Of a stretch of 48,703 nucleotides of DNA, positions 36,762 to 45,116 are shown in pieces. How positions within the stretch are numbered: position 1 is the first letter of the stretch; every line of letters starts with the position of its first letter. The stretch lies in the IMG/VR virus record IMGVR_UViG_3300048858_000146, positions 1-48,703 of that record, one strand, 5' to 3'. This DNA comes from a virus (lineage: Duplodnaviria > Caudoviricetes). The notes under the pieces were generated by a model. The model did no database searches. It was given only the letters and a program-made list of their open reading frames with translations, and was not told the origin of the DNA. Made by a program: the position numbers and the translations under genes.

Positions 36762-37087
36762 CCGATATATTTGTAAAAGATTTCTCTGAATTTCCTGGAC
36801 CCAGAAAAGAATCGATAGGTCCCAACTCAGGAGAGCGTTTCCGCGAGGAAATTCTATATCCCGCGGTACTAGCTCAAGGTGATAGCCAAATTCGGGTTAA
36901 TCTTGACGGTACGGCAGGATATGGTTCTTCGTTTTTGGAAGAGGCATTTGGTGGTCTGGTCCGAAAAGGCATTCCCGAATCTAAAATGCAGGAAATATTA
37001 GACAACCTTATATCTGACGAAGATCCGTCTCTAATTGATGAGATCAGGGAGTATGTTAATGAAGCCCTGATGGATGCCAAAGGTTGA
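36758..37087 (+). CDS. STAS-like domain protein (DUF4325-like)
   Basis: DFSEFPGPR...SGERFREE..VNLDGTAGYGSSFLEEAFGGL; ATGA-coupled to the kinase. Confidence 0.82.
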   Translation: MTDIFVKDFSEFPGPRKESIGPNSGERFREEILYPAVLAQGDSQIRVNLDGTAGYGSSFLEEAFGGLVRKGIPESKMQEILDNLISDEDPSLIDEIREYVNEALMDAKG

Positions 37088-37090
37088 CCC

Positions 37091-37570
37091 ATGGCCTTAC
37101 ACAAATTCCAAATAGCGTTCTGGATAGTGAGTGTTTGCTTTGCTCTATTCGGCCTGGGCATCACGATATTTGGTTGGAAAGTAAACGCAAGAAACGCAAG
37201 AGATCTGGCGAAGACGAAAGACATTCATGACGCAGTTGATACGTGCATCGAAACTCTAATTGAGCTTGAGGATTTGGCTTATGCTTTTTGGCTTAACGCG
37301 GACTCCCCTACCAAACCGTATCAGCTGGTTGTTTGTCATACGAGGTTGCTGGTCCGATTGAAGCAGCTTCAGGCTCTACGCACTTATGCTCTTCCGAGCA
37401 ATGAGCTGCGGACACTAAGACGCTACTGCACTCTAGACGCCGAAACAAAGTCAGCGCCTATCAATAGTGAGGACGAACGAATCAAGCGCATATCCAAGGC
37501 AGCTACGGATATTCTTCAGTCAGCAATTCTACAAAAAACTTGGGAAGGCGCCCCTCAATCGATTCACTGA
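37091..37570 (+). CDS. Membrane-anchored hypothetical protein
   Basis: N-terminal TM helix (IAFWIVSVCFALFGLGITIFGW) then helical domain; 3 nt after the STAS gene. Confidence 0.72.
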   Translation: MALHKFQIAFWIVSVCFALFGLGITIFGWKVNARNARDLAKTKDIHDAVDTCIETLIELEDLAYAFWLNADSPTKPYQLVVCHTRLLVRLKQLQALRTYALPSNELRTLRRYCTLDAETKSAPINSEDERIKRISKAATDILQSAILQKTWEGAPQSIH

Positions 37571-37668
37571 TCCTTAAAGGGGGCGTCCGCCCCCTTCTCT
37601 TCATGCTAAAGGTCGACCGACCGAGCGCCTGCATCGTAATTACTCATACCGGGCTGCCGCTGCCGAGA

Positions 37669-37986
37669 TCAAAAGGGCGTCGGTTCATGATCCACGACAG
37701 ACAGCTCTTCCTCTATCTCTACTGCGGGGTCGTCCTCGTCCAGCGCTTCCCACTCCAGCGTCACGGAATCATCGTCATTGATCGTCACGTCCAGTGCAGG
37801 CGTTTCCGCCAGGACACCCAGGACCTCCCCCCATTCCCGATCCCCATCCGTGTCGCAGCGATGAATAGTCACCCATCGCTGCTGCTGCGCGACTGGGTGA
37901 TTAATCATTGATGAAACCCTCAGGCTAAGCCGCTCGATACCACTCATTTCATGCCGTACTGCCGGTTCAGCCTGCCTCTTTGCCAT
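37669..37986 (-). CDS. DUF1654-family protein
   Basis: SGIERLSLRVSSMINHPVAQQQRWVTIHR.D.D...W..V; acidic tail. Confidence 0.8.
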   Translation of the reverse strand: MAKRQAEPAVRHEMSGIERLSLRVSSMINHPVAQQQRWVTIHRCDTDGDREWGEVLGVLAETPALDVTINDDDSVTLEWEALDEDDPAVEIEEELSVVDHEPTPF

Positions 37987-38007
37987 GTCATTCCCGCCCT
38001 ATTTATA

Positions 38008-38023
38008 CTGTATATCTGTACAG
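38008..38023. promoter_or_regulatory. LexA (SOS) box
   Basis: CTGTATATCTGTACAG matches CTG-N10-CAG, just upstream of the DUF1654 gene. Confidence 0.82.
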
Positions 38024-38040
38024 CTTCCGGCAAAGCATAA

Positions 38041-38148
38041 CGAACCGCTGGTTCACGGTAAATCCCTTCATCACGAGTCGAGAATTATGAACCTCGAAAA
38101 AATATGTACTTTTGGTACTTGACTCAATGTGAACCTGTAGTTCATATT
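38041..38148 (+). promoter_or_regulatory. OL operators and pL promoter
   Basis: CGAACcgctgGTTCA at 38041-38055, TGTACttttgGTACT at 38105-38119, TGAACctgtaGTTCA at 38130-38144; -35 TTGACT at 38119-38124. Confidence 0.75.
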
Positions 38149-38166
38149 TCACCCATCGGAACGCGA

Positions 38167-38210
38167 CAGCGGGTCGACAGGGACTCAACAGACCCGCTGC
38201 TCTTTAACAA
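38167..38210 (+). promoter_or_regulatory. nut-like antitermination site: hairpin + boxA
   Basis: CAGCGGGTC/GACCCGCTG stem followed by TGCTCTTTAACAA (rrn-type boxA consensus). Confidence 0.78.
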
Positions 38211-38776
38211 CCAGCGCAACACACAACAGACCGCACTGCCTCTACCGGCGACCGGCGATCAGACAGCCCCGAAAGGCTGCCCACGACAGGGACAACCCTG
38301 TACGGCTGACGATGGTGAAACGCCAGAACCGAGAGAACGACCCGGCAAGCAGTGCGCCCCGCCACCCCGGCGGTAATGAGGGAAAGATTCGGCGAAAGCC
38401 AAAACGAAATTGCCGCTTCACGACACTACGGCAATACAAATAATCAGTGGCGTCGTCATGAAGGCTGGAGGCCTTCCCGATCCTCTCAATGAGAGCGCAT
38501 CGGGGTGTGATCTGAATGCGCCAGCCAAGGCGTCCATTGCAGCAGGCGGAAAGCCGTGAAAGATCGGCGTGTACTCCGGGCTGATGAGCAGGATACGGGC
38601 ACCTGCCAGATCACACCCCGATGCGTAAGACTTCTGCACCGCGCAACGCGGCCCCCTGCATTACCCCCACCCCAACCAACACGACCGCATTAGGCAGGTG
38701 CCAGGCCAGCGCTATTCACGCTGGGTTTGGTCACCCGCGCCTGGCATCTGACCAATGCGGTTCAGAGGATCAATCA

Positions 38777-39025
38777 ATGAGCAACGCAGACGGCGGTAAC
38801 GCCTTTCCTGTCGCTGAATACGACCACATGGCCCTTCAGCCTTCAACTGTCGATGAGCACAAGCGCCAGCTGCTTGGCATGAGTCTTCGCGATTACTTCG
38901 CGGCCAAGGCCTTGTCTACGGCGTCCGCATTCCCAAGCAGTGATGTACAGCACTGGGATGCGACGGAATTCGCCACACATGCCTACGCCATTGCCGACGC
39001 AATGCTCGCAGCCCGCAACGCATAA
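38777..39025 (+). CDS. Conserved hypothetical phage protein
   Basis: GGNAFP...GMSLRDYFAAKAL...AYAIADAMLAAR. Confidence 0.8.
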   Translation: MSNADGGNAFPVAEYDHMALQPSTVDEHKRQLLGMSLRDYFAAKALSTASAFPSSDVQHWDATEFATHAYAIADAMLAARNA

Positions 39026-39044
39026 CCCAGCCCTGGAGGCGACC

Positions 39045-39464
39045 ATGAACGCAGTACTACGCATTGCCCAGTTTGAGTATGACAACCGCCTCCCGGTCGA
39101 CCTGTGCGACGTGGCGGAACAGCAGTGGATTGAGAATGGGGTTTACACCCTGGTCGAGCTGCGCGCCGATGTGAGCTTCAAGCGCCGGTTGCACTCGAAA
39201 CAAGGCGTCACCTTCGAGCAGTTCGCGGAGGCTGTTGACGAATACCTGATGGACCAGCTGAGCGGATCTGGCGTCAGCAAGTCTGTGCTGGGCCGGTTGG
39301 TGCTGGCTGCCAAGTTCGGTTCCCCCGCTGAGGCAGGCACAGCGGCGGACGAGATCATACATAGCGCTACCCCAGACGAGGCGCTGCGCCAGATTGCGGT
39401 GCGCCTACTCAAGCCGCTGGCCCGCGACGGGCTGATCGCCCAGGCCGAGGATGCGGAGCTGTGA
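39045..39464 (+). CDS. Hypothetical phage protein
   Basis: GGAGG RBS, coupled operon. Confidence 0.7.
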   Translation: MNAVLRIAQFEYDNRLPVDLCDVAEQQWIENGVYTLVELRADVSFKRRLHSKQGVTFEQFAEAVDEYLMDQLSGSGVSKSVLGRLVLAAKFGSPAEAGTAADEIIHSATPDEALRQIAVRLLKPLARDGLIAQAEDAEL

Positions 39465-39655
39465 GCCCGCACGTCCTCATCAGCCAGCAACTGGACCAGC
39501 TCGAACATCCCGATCACCCGCCGTACTTCGGAGCTCTCGTAGAACGGCAGATCGTCAACCTCTTCACCAGCGGGAAGATCGACGCTGAGGAATTCCACAA
39601 TTACTGCGAGCGCTTCCGGCGCTTGGCGGGACGCAATGTAAGGAGCGCAGCATGA
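39461..39655 (+). CDS. Hypothetical phage protein
   Basis: GTGA overlap; GKIDAEEFHNYCER. Confidence 0.65.
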   Translation: MSPHVLISQQLDQLEHPDHPPYFGALVERQIVNLFTSGKIDAEEFHNYCERFRRLAGRNVRSAA

Positions 39656-39960
39656 GCAAATATCGCAAGGGCCAGTTGTACACTCGCCGCCTTCGCCCGT
39701 CCGACGACACCGATGGATGGCGGCTTGGCATGCGCCTGGCCTTCTACCGCGTGATGCTGGCCGATGGCGAATACAAAAAGGCCTACGTTCTGTGCCGCCA
39801 TGGCGTGGATGGGGTCATGGAAGTCGGGCGTACCCGGCAGGACGTTACCAGCGGGCTGATAATGTACGGTTGCCGGACGTTCAAGGATATCCAGCGTCGC
39901 AGCAAGTTCGGCAACACCGTGCGCGCCAAGGCGGCGAAAGCCAATCGGGTTACGCCATGA
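39652..39960 (+). CDS. Hypothetical phage protein
   Basis: ATGA overlaps, AAGGAG RBS. Confidence 0.65.
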   Translation: MSKYRKGQLYTRRLRPSDDTDGWRLGMRLAFYRVMLADGEYKKAYVLCRHGVDGVMEVGRTRQDVTSGLIMYGCRTFKDIQRRSKFGNTVRAKAAKANRVTP

Positions 39961-40160
39961 GCACGCCAATCGTGAAATCCCTGATCGATGAGCAGCTGGA
40001 AGAGGTGCCCGCCGACCGCATTATTCTGGCCTTCACCCACCACACGCTGACCGGTGCTCTGTCTCAGGCGTACGACGCGGGTATCGAGAACGTGCATGCC
40101 TGGACGAAGCGCGCGTGTCTGTGCGGCGAGTGGACGGTGGCTTACGAGGTGCGGGCGTGA
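39957..40160 (+). CDS. Hypothetical phage protein
   Basis: MSTPIVKSLIDEQLEE; coupled. Confidence 0.62.
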   Translation: MSTPIVKSLIDEQLEEVPADRIILAFTHHTLTGALSQAYDAGIENVHAWTKRACLCGEWTVAYEVRA

Positions 40161-40273
40161 CCCGCCTTCAGCAGGCCCGGCGCTACGTCCTCTGGCGCGG
40201 CTCTTTCATCGTCCTGACCGGCACCACCATCTGGATGCTCGCCAGCGCTCTGGCCGGGCACATCACCGCGTAA
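40157..40273 (+). CDS. Small TM peptide (38 aa, missed by ORF track)
   Basis: VTRLQQARRYVLWRGSFIVLTGTTIWMLASALAGHITA; GTGA overlap. Confidence 0.5.
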   Translation: MTRLQQARRYVLWRGSFIVLTGTTIWMLASALAGHITA

Positions 40274-40295
40274 CCACCCACCTTGAGGCACTCCA

Positions 40296-40439
40296 ATGCC
40301 CACGCCCCGCATGGCCGCCCAGCTCGACTGGATGACGGTTGGCTCATTCATGCCTGATCGATACCAGGGCGATGAGCGCAAAGAGTACGAAGACGAAGCC
40401 CGCCGCATCGAAGCGCAGTGGGACAACCAACCAAACTGA
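40296..40439 (+). CDS. Small hypothetical protein (47 aa, missed by ORF track)
   Basis: MPTPRMAAQLDWMTVGSFMPDRYQGDERKEYEDEARRIEAQWDNQPN; GAGG RBS. Confidence 0.55.
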   Translation: MPTPRMAAQLDWMTVGSFMPDRYQGDERKEYEDEARRIEAQWDNQPN

Positions 40440-40449
40440 GGTCGCCACC

Positions 40450-41088
40450 ATGGCAACAGTCGTTTTGATTCTCGGCAAATCCGGCAGCGGCAAGTCAACG
40501 TCGCTGCGCAACCTGAACCCTGCCGATGTTGCCCTGGTGCAGGTGATCGGCAAGCGTCTCCCCTTCAAAGGTGCTGGCGCTTGGAAGCCCTATGTCACGG
40601 ATGACCACGCCCGGATCATTCAGGCCAGCAAAAAGGCCGCATCGAATGGCCGCAAGGTGATCGTCATCGACGACTACCAGTACGTGCTGGCTAACGAGTT
40701 CATGCGCCGCAGCCAGGAAAAGGGCTACGACAAGTTCAACGATATTGGCCGGCACACCTGGGATGTGTTCGATGCCCTGCTCAAGCTGCCCGACGACGTC
40801 CGCATCTACATCCTCAGCCACACCGAGGAAACGGAGACCGGGCAAATCAAGATGAAGACCGTCGGCAAGATGCTGGACGACAAGATCACTCTTGAAGGCT
40901 TGGTGACCATCTGCCTGCGCGCAGTGGTGCAAGACGGTCAGCACTACTTCTCCACCCGCAACAACGGCTCAGACACGACCAAGGCACCAATGGGCATGTT
41001 TGAAGACGACATGATCGACAACGACCTGGCCGCAGTAGACGCCGCGATTTGCGCTTACTACGAATTCGACGCCCCTCAAGCCGCATAA
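40450..41088 (+). CDS. AAA ATPase, Sak4-like recombinase
   Basis: Walker A GKSGSGKST, Walker B VIVIDD; followed by an SSB-like gene. Confidence 0.82.
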   Translation: MATVVLILGKSGSGKSTSLRNLNPADVALVQVIGKRLPFKGAGAWKPYVTDDHARIIQASKKAASNGRKVIVIDDYQYVLANEFMRRSQEKGYDKFNDIGRHTWDVFDALLKLPDDVRIYILSHTEETETGQIKMKTVGKMLDDKITLEGLVTICLRAVVQDGQHYFSTRNNGSDTTKAPMGMFEDDMIDNDLAAVDAAICAYYEFDAPQAA

Positions 41089-41097
41089 GGAAACCCA

Positions 41098-41754
41098 ATG
41101 TTTACTCTCGACGCAAACGCCGCCCGCTCTGCCGACAACAAGTCGGCATTCATCGACGAGGCCGGAAAGTATATCGGCACCTTCACTCGGGCCGAATACA
41201 TGGAGAAGGCCGAAACCGGGTCTACCGGGATCGGCTTCACCTTCAAAACCCGCGAAGGTGCGGAAGCTCAGTTCTACCTCAACCTCTCCTACCAGCACGG
41301 CACCAAGAACGACGGCGGCCATGCCCTGATGAACGCCATGATGGCCTGCATGCAGCTGCGCGCAGTTGGTGGCCCGCAGCCGATGGAGGTCGAGAAGTGG
41401 GACAACGACACGAAGCAGCGCGTCAAGGTCACAGTGAAGGGTTTCAAGGAGCTGTGTGGCAAGCCGATCGGCCTGCTCCTTCAGATGGAAATCGAAAAGA
41501 ACAGCACCACCGGCATGGAGCGCCCCGTGATCTTCGCCCCGTTCAGCGCTGAATCGGAGAAGACCGCCTCCGAGATCCTGGACCAGCGAAACCCTGCCCC
41601 GGCCAAGCTGGAAAAAATGGTGCAGCAGGTCATGAAGAAGCCCGTTGTGGACCGTCGCCCCAAAGGCAGCCAGTCGGCCAGCGCCGGCGGCTACAGCGCC
41701 GCCAATGATAACCAGGCACCGCCAGCGGATTGGGACGACATCCCGTTCGATTGA
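41098..41754 (+). CDS. Single-stranded DNA-binding protein-like
   Basis: Flexible tail ending DWDDIPFD; lies between Sak4-like and Gp157. Confidence 0.68.
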   Translation: MFTLDANAARSADNKSAFIDEAGKYIGTFTRAEYMEKAETGSTGIGFTFKTREGAEAQFYLNLSYQHGTKNDGGHALMNAMMACMQLRAVGGPQPMEVEKWDNDTKQRVKVTVKGFKELCGKPIGLLLQMEIEKNSTTGMERPVIFAPFSAESEKTASEILDQRNPAPAKLEKMVQQVMKKPVVDRRPKGSQSASAGGYSAANDNQAPPADWDDIPFD

Positions 41755-41811
41755 TCACCCTGACTTCCAGTTATGGGGCGCGAATGAGCGCCCTTTCTTT
41801 TGGAGACAACC

Positions 41812-42312
41812 ATGGGCATTAGCCTTTATCACATGTCAGCCGAATACCAGCAGGCACTGGTCGCGCTATCCGACCCCGACCTGCCGGAAGAAGTCGTGGC
41901 GGACACCTTGCAAGCGCTGGAGGGTGGACTGGTCCAAAAGGGTCAGGCGGTCGCTGCCTTCGCCTTGAACCTGGCCGCCGAAGTGGAAGCAGTGAAGGCG
42001 GTAGAGAAGCGGATCGTTGCTCGCCGAAAAGCGCTTGAGGGTCGAGCGGAAGCGATGCGCGAGTACCTGCGCAGCAACATGGCGGCGTGCGGAATCACCG
42101 AGATCAAGGCAGTGGACGGCAGCTTCACCGCGAAGCTGGCCAAAGGCACGCCATCGGTGGTGGTGGACGACGAGAGCCTGTTTCTCGATGACTCGGAGTT
42201 CGTCACCTGGACCCGGTCGCTGAGCAAATCAAAGATATCGGCCGCCATCAAGGCAGGTCGCGAAGTGCCCGGCGCACACCTCGAAACCAAGCCATCTCTA
42301 CGCCTGAGCTAG
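41812..42312 (+). CDS. Siphovirus Gp157-family protein
   Basis: SLYHM...DTLQAL...MREYL..NM...K.KI.AAIKAG.EVPGAHL. Confidence 0.88.
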   Translation: MGISLYHMSAEYQQALVALSDPDLPEEVVADTLQALEGGLVQKGQAVAAFALNLAAEVEAVKAVEKRIVARRKALEGRAEAMREYLRSNMAACGITEIKAVDGSFTAKLAKGTPSVVVDDESLFLDDSEFVTWTRSLSKSKISAAIKAGREVPGAHLETKPSLRLS

Positions 42313-42322
42313 GAGCCTGAAC

Positions 42323-42508
42323 ATGCCAACAGCACACCGCAACCACCAAGCCCGCGCCTGGAACATCCAGCACATGCGGGAAAGCATCGACCGTCTGCTG
42401 GCCGCCGCGCCAAAGTGGAAGCCGGCCGACGCCATCCGAGGCGAGAAAACAATCAAGCAGCTTGAGCGGCAGATCGCCGAAGCGCGGGACGAGCCTATCG
42501 CTGCATGA
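42323..42508 (+). CDS. Hypothetical phage protein
   Basis: AGGAG RBS. Confidence 0.55.
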   Translation: MPTAHRNHQARAWNIQHMRESIDRLLAAAPKWKPADAIRGEKTIKQLERQIAEARDEPIAA

Positions 42509-42580
42509 GGCGCATTAACAACCGGGTCCGCCAGAGACGGCGGGCCGCCCACCTTCATATCCCGCCAAGCGGATACGCAC

Positions 42581-42868
42581 ATGACCTGCAGCGTGATTCA
42601 CACGATCGGCACGACCGGGGGCCACACCATGCCCAAGGGAACGAGGCCGTCGAAGCCGGTTCGCTGGGATGTTTCGGTTTGGCTGATGCTGCCGAACGGC
42701 GATAAGACCATCCACAGCCTCACGGTCCCGAGCGCGCTGATGTTTGACCTGGTGCCGCTGGTGAACGAGCGCGTTGAGGCGCTAATCGCTGACGTAGGCG
42801 ACCGGGTGCGCGGCGCGGGGTGGACGGCTCATGGCCGCGGTGTGGGAAAGAAACGGAGGAAACGGTGA
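42581..42868 (+). CDS. Hypothetical phage protein
   Basis: Coupled (TGATG) to the next gene. Confidence 0.55.
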   Translation: MTCSVIHTIGTTGGHTMPKGTRPSKPVRWDVSVWLMLPNGDKTIHSLTVPSALMFDLVPLVNERVEALIADVGDRVRGAGWTAHGRGVGKKRRKR

Positions 42869-43209
42869 TGGCAAAATCTCAAAAGGAGCGTGACGTCGCC
42901 CTGAAAGGCAGACGCGCCATGTTCGCGGAGAAAGAACTGCGCCACCGCGTGAGGCCAGGAATTGAGCTGGCCGTGCAGCGGATTCAAGCTCGTGCAGACA
43001 AGATATCCGTCAGCGAGCTGCTGCAGATCGCGATCCTGAAGATGGACCTGATGCCTGATGAAGAGCTGACCAGCTTCCTGAAATACCCGCGCCACAATGT
43101 GCTAGTCAGCGATAGCGTGGCGCGGGCGATTTACGATCATGGAGTCCGGAGCATCATGAACAGTCCGGATCAGGACGAAAGCGACGAAATCGAGCGTCCC
43201 GCGGCCTAA
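42868..43209 (+). CDS. Hypothetical phage protein
   Basis: MAKSQKERD...EKELRHRVRPG; GGAGG RBS. Confidence 0.7.
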   Translation: MAKSQKERDVALKGRRAMFAEKELRHRVRPGIELAVQRIQARADKISVSELLQIAILKMDLMPDEELTSFLKYPRHNVLVSDSVARAIYDHGVRSIMNSPDQDESDEIERPAA

Positions 43210-43511
43210 GGGAGTGACGGGTCAGGCTGATATGGACCAAGCACCTTATTAATGTTTGGCCAGACGATGTAAGCCTTCCAGTTCTCATTGTCGTTCGAGC
43301 AGTAGACCAAGAATTCGCTGCTGCTGTCTCTGCTAACCCGGTAGCGCGTGATACCGCAGCCTCTGACCTTGGATTGCGCCAACGACGAGGAAATCGCGGT
43401 GTTGTACTCCCAGTTCCACTCGCCCGGATACTTCGACGCGACAGATTCGGCCTGTGCTGCAATAGGCAGCAAGAGCGCCAGTCCGACAAGCAATTTGTTC
43501 AACACGATCAC
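43206..43511 (-). CDS. Secreted/periplasmic small protein (moron)
   Basis: Signal peptide NKLLVGLALLLPIAAQA, two Cys; AAAGGAG RBS. Confidence 0.72.
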   Translation of the reverse strand: MIVLNKLLVGLALLLPIAAQAESVASKYPGEWNWEYNTAISSSLAQSKVRGCGITRYRVSRDSSSEFLVYCSNDNENWKAYIVWPNINKVLGPYQPDPSLP

Positions 43512-43520
43512 TCCTTTGAT

Positions 43521-43578
43521 CCGGCTCCATGCCGGTCACTCCTAATACCCCATCCGAACGAATCACGCCAGCCCGGCA
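43521..43578. repeat. Cassette repeat copy 1 (~58 bp, core AACGAATCACGCCAGCCCGGCA)
   Basis: Imperfect direct repeat of 45003-45062 with an identical 22-bp core. Confidence 0.85.
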
Positions 43579-43603
43579 GCGACCGCGGCTGCCTGGAGTA
43601 TCC

Positions 43604-44692
43604 ATGACAAACCATCGAATTCTGGTCGGCGATTGCATCGACATGATGCGCACGCTGCCAGATGAAAGCGTGAACACCTGCGTGACCAGCCCGCCCTACT
43701 TCGGGCTGCGCGATTATGGCGTCGAGGGTCAGATCGGCCTGGAAGAGACTCCGGCTGAGTTCATCGCCCGCCTGGTCGGAGTGTTCCGTGAGGTGCGTCG
43801 AGTGCTGCGCGCTGACGGAACGGCATGGGTAAATATGGGCGACAGCTACGCGGGCAGCTGGGGTGCACATGGGCGGGATGACATGGGAGTCGGAGTCTCG
43901 ACGATCAGTCAGCGCCAGGTCATGGCGAGCCAGCGCAAGTCGAAGGCGACGAACCATGCCGATTACAAGCCAAAGGATCTGATGGGCATGCCCTGGCGCC
44001 TCGCCTTCGCGCTGCAGGACGACGGCTGGTATCTGCGGCAAGACATCATCTGGAGCAAGCCAAACCCCATGCCCGAGTCGACGCGGGACCGGTGCACGAA
44101 GGCGCACGAATACATCTTTCTGCTCAGCAAGTCCCGAACGTATCACTTTGATCAGGAGGCGATAAAGGAGCCGGTAGCATCCAGCTCTTCCGCTCGATTA
44201 GCTCAAGACATTGACACTCAACTGGGCAGTGACCGGGTGCCGGGCAAGACCAACGGACCGATGAAGGCAGTGCGTAGCCGGAGAGATAGCTTCAAGCGAG
44301 AAGACTCGAAGCGCGAGCAAGCAATCCCAGGCCAGACCGTTGGTACTCATCGGCCTGATCGCGATGATAGTGATTACCCGCTGGACGTACGGAACAAGCG
44401 CTCGGTCTGGTCGGTGCCAACGGTTGGGTTCAAGGGGGCACACTTCGCAACCTTCCCACCCGACCTGATCCGTCCGTGCATTCGAGCGGGCGCACCTCGC
44501 GGCGGAGTAGTGCTAGACCCGTTCGGCGGCGCCGGCACCACGGCGCTGGTTTCGATGCAAGAAGGCCGCCGGTCAATACTTTGCGAGCTGAACCCGGAGT
44601 ATGCCGCGATGGCCCGGGCCCGACTCGATGCGGCCTGGCTGGATGGCGCAGCGCAGATGGATGTGTTTCACGACTCCGCACCCGCTGCGTAA
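43604..44692 (+). CDS. Orphan DNA methyltransferase (N4-C/N6-A, beta class)
   Basis: TSPPY motif IV N-terminal, HFATFP and VLDPFGGAGTT motif I C-terminal. Confidence 0.92.
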   Translation: MTNHRILVGDCIDMMRTLPDESVNTCVTSPPYFGLRDYGVEGQIGLEETPAEFIARLVGVFREVRRVLRADGTAWVNMGDSYAGSWGAHGRDDMGVGVSTISQRQVMASQRKSKATNHADYKPKDLMGMPWRLAFALQDDGWYLRQDIIWSKPNPMPESTRDRCTKAHEYIFLLSKSRTYHFDQEAIKEPVASSSSARLAQDIDTQLGSDRVPGKTNGPMKAVRSRRDSFKREDSKREQAIPGQTVGTHRPDRDDSDYPLDVRNKRSVWSVPTVGFKGAHFATFPPDLIRPCIRAGAPRGGVVLDPFGGAGTTALVSMQEGRRSILCELNPEYAAMARARLDAAWLDGAAQMDVFHDSAPAA

Positions 44693-44708
44693 GACGGCCT
44701 GCCTGACA

Positions 44709-44990
44709 TCAACTCGACAATTTCGGCGCCCTGCGTTCATACAGATGCCAGATGTTCATCATGACACTTCTTACGTCCACGCTCTGCTTGTCGCCTAATC
44801 CAACTCGCGCCTCCGCACGCTTGATAATGCCGATCATCGTCTTTTCCGCCGGGTCATCAAAATCCGAAGCCTTCAAAACATGAACCTCGCTCAGAGCCCT
44901 GGCAAGTCTTTCGTAATCGGAGCCAGTCGTTGTCGAAAGCGCCTCAACAGCGTTTTTTAAAGCGAAATGTATCTCGTGTTTTCCGTTCAC
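44709..44990 (-). CDS. Hypothetical protein (moron)
   Basis: GTG start with AAGGGG RBS directly behind repeat copy 2. Confidence 0.6.
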   Translation of the reverse strand: MNGKHEIHFALKNAVEALSTTTGSDYERLARALSEVHVLKASDFDDPAEKTMIGIIKRAEARVGLGDKQSVDVRSVMMNIWHLYERRAPKLSS

Positions 44991-45002
44991 GTTTTCCCCT
45001 TT

Positions 45003-45062
45003 CCGGCTACATGCCGGGCGCGATAGCAATACCCCACTTCAACGAATCACGCCAGCCCGGCA
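45003..45062. repeat. Cassette repeat copy 2
   Basis: Matches 43521-43578. Confidence 0.85.
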
Positions 45063-45116
45063 ATGGCAGCGATCCGCAGCGCGCATGTTATAACGCAGGG
45101 CAATCTAAGGTTTCTA

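Noticed and set aside
38303-38331. Hammerhead ribozyme (CUGACGA-stem-GAA)
   Set aside because: GAAC rather than GAAA, and the flanks CGG/CCG pair directly, leaving no stem I/III or NUH cleavage site; kept only as part of the structured leader
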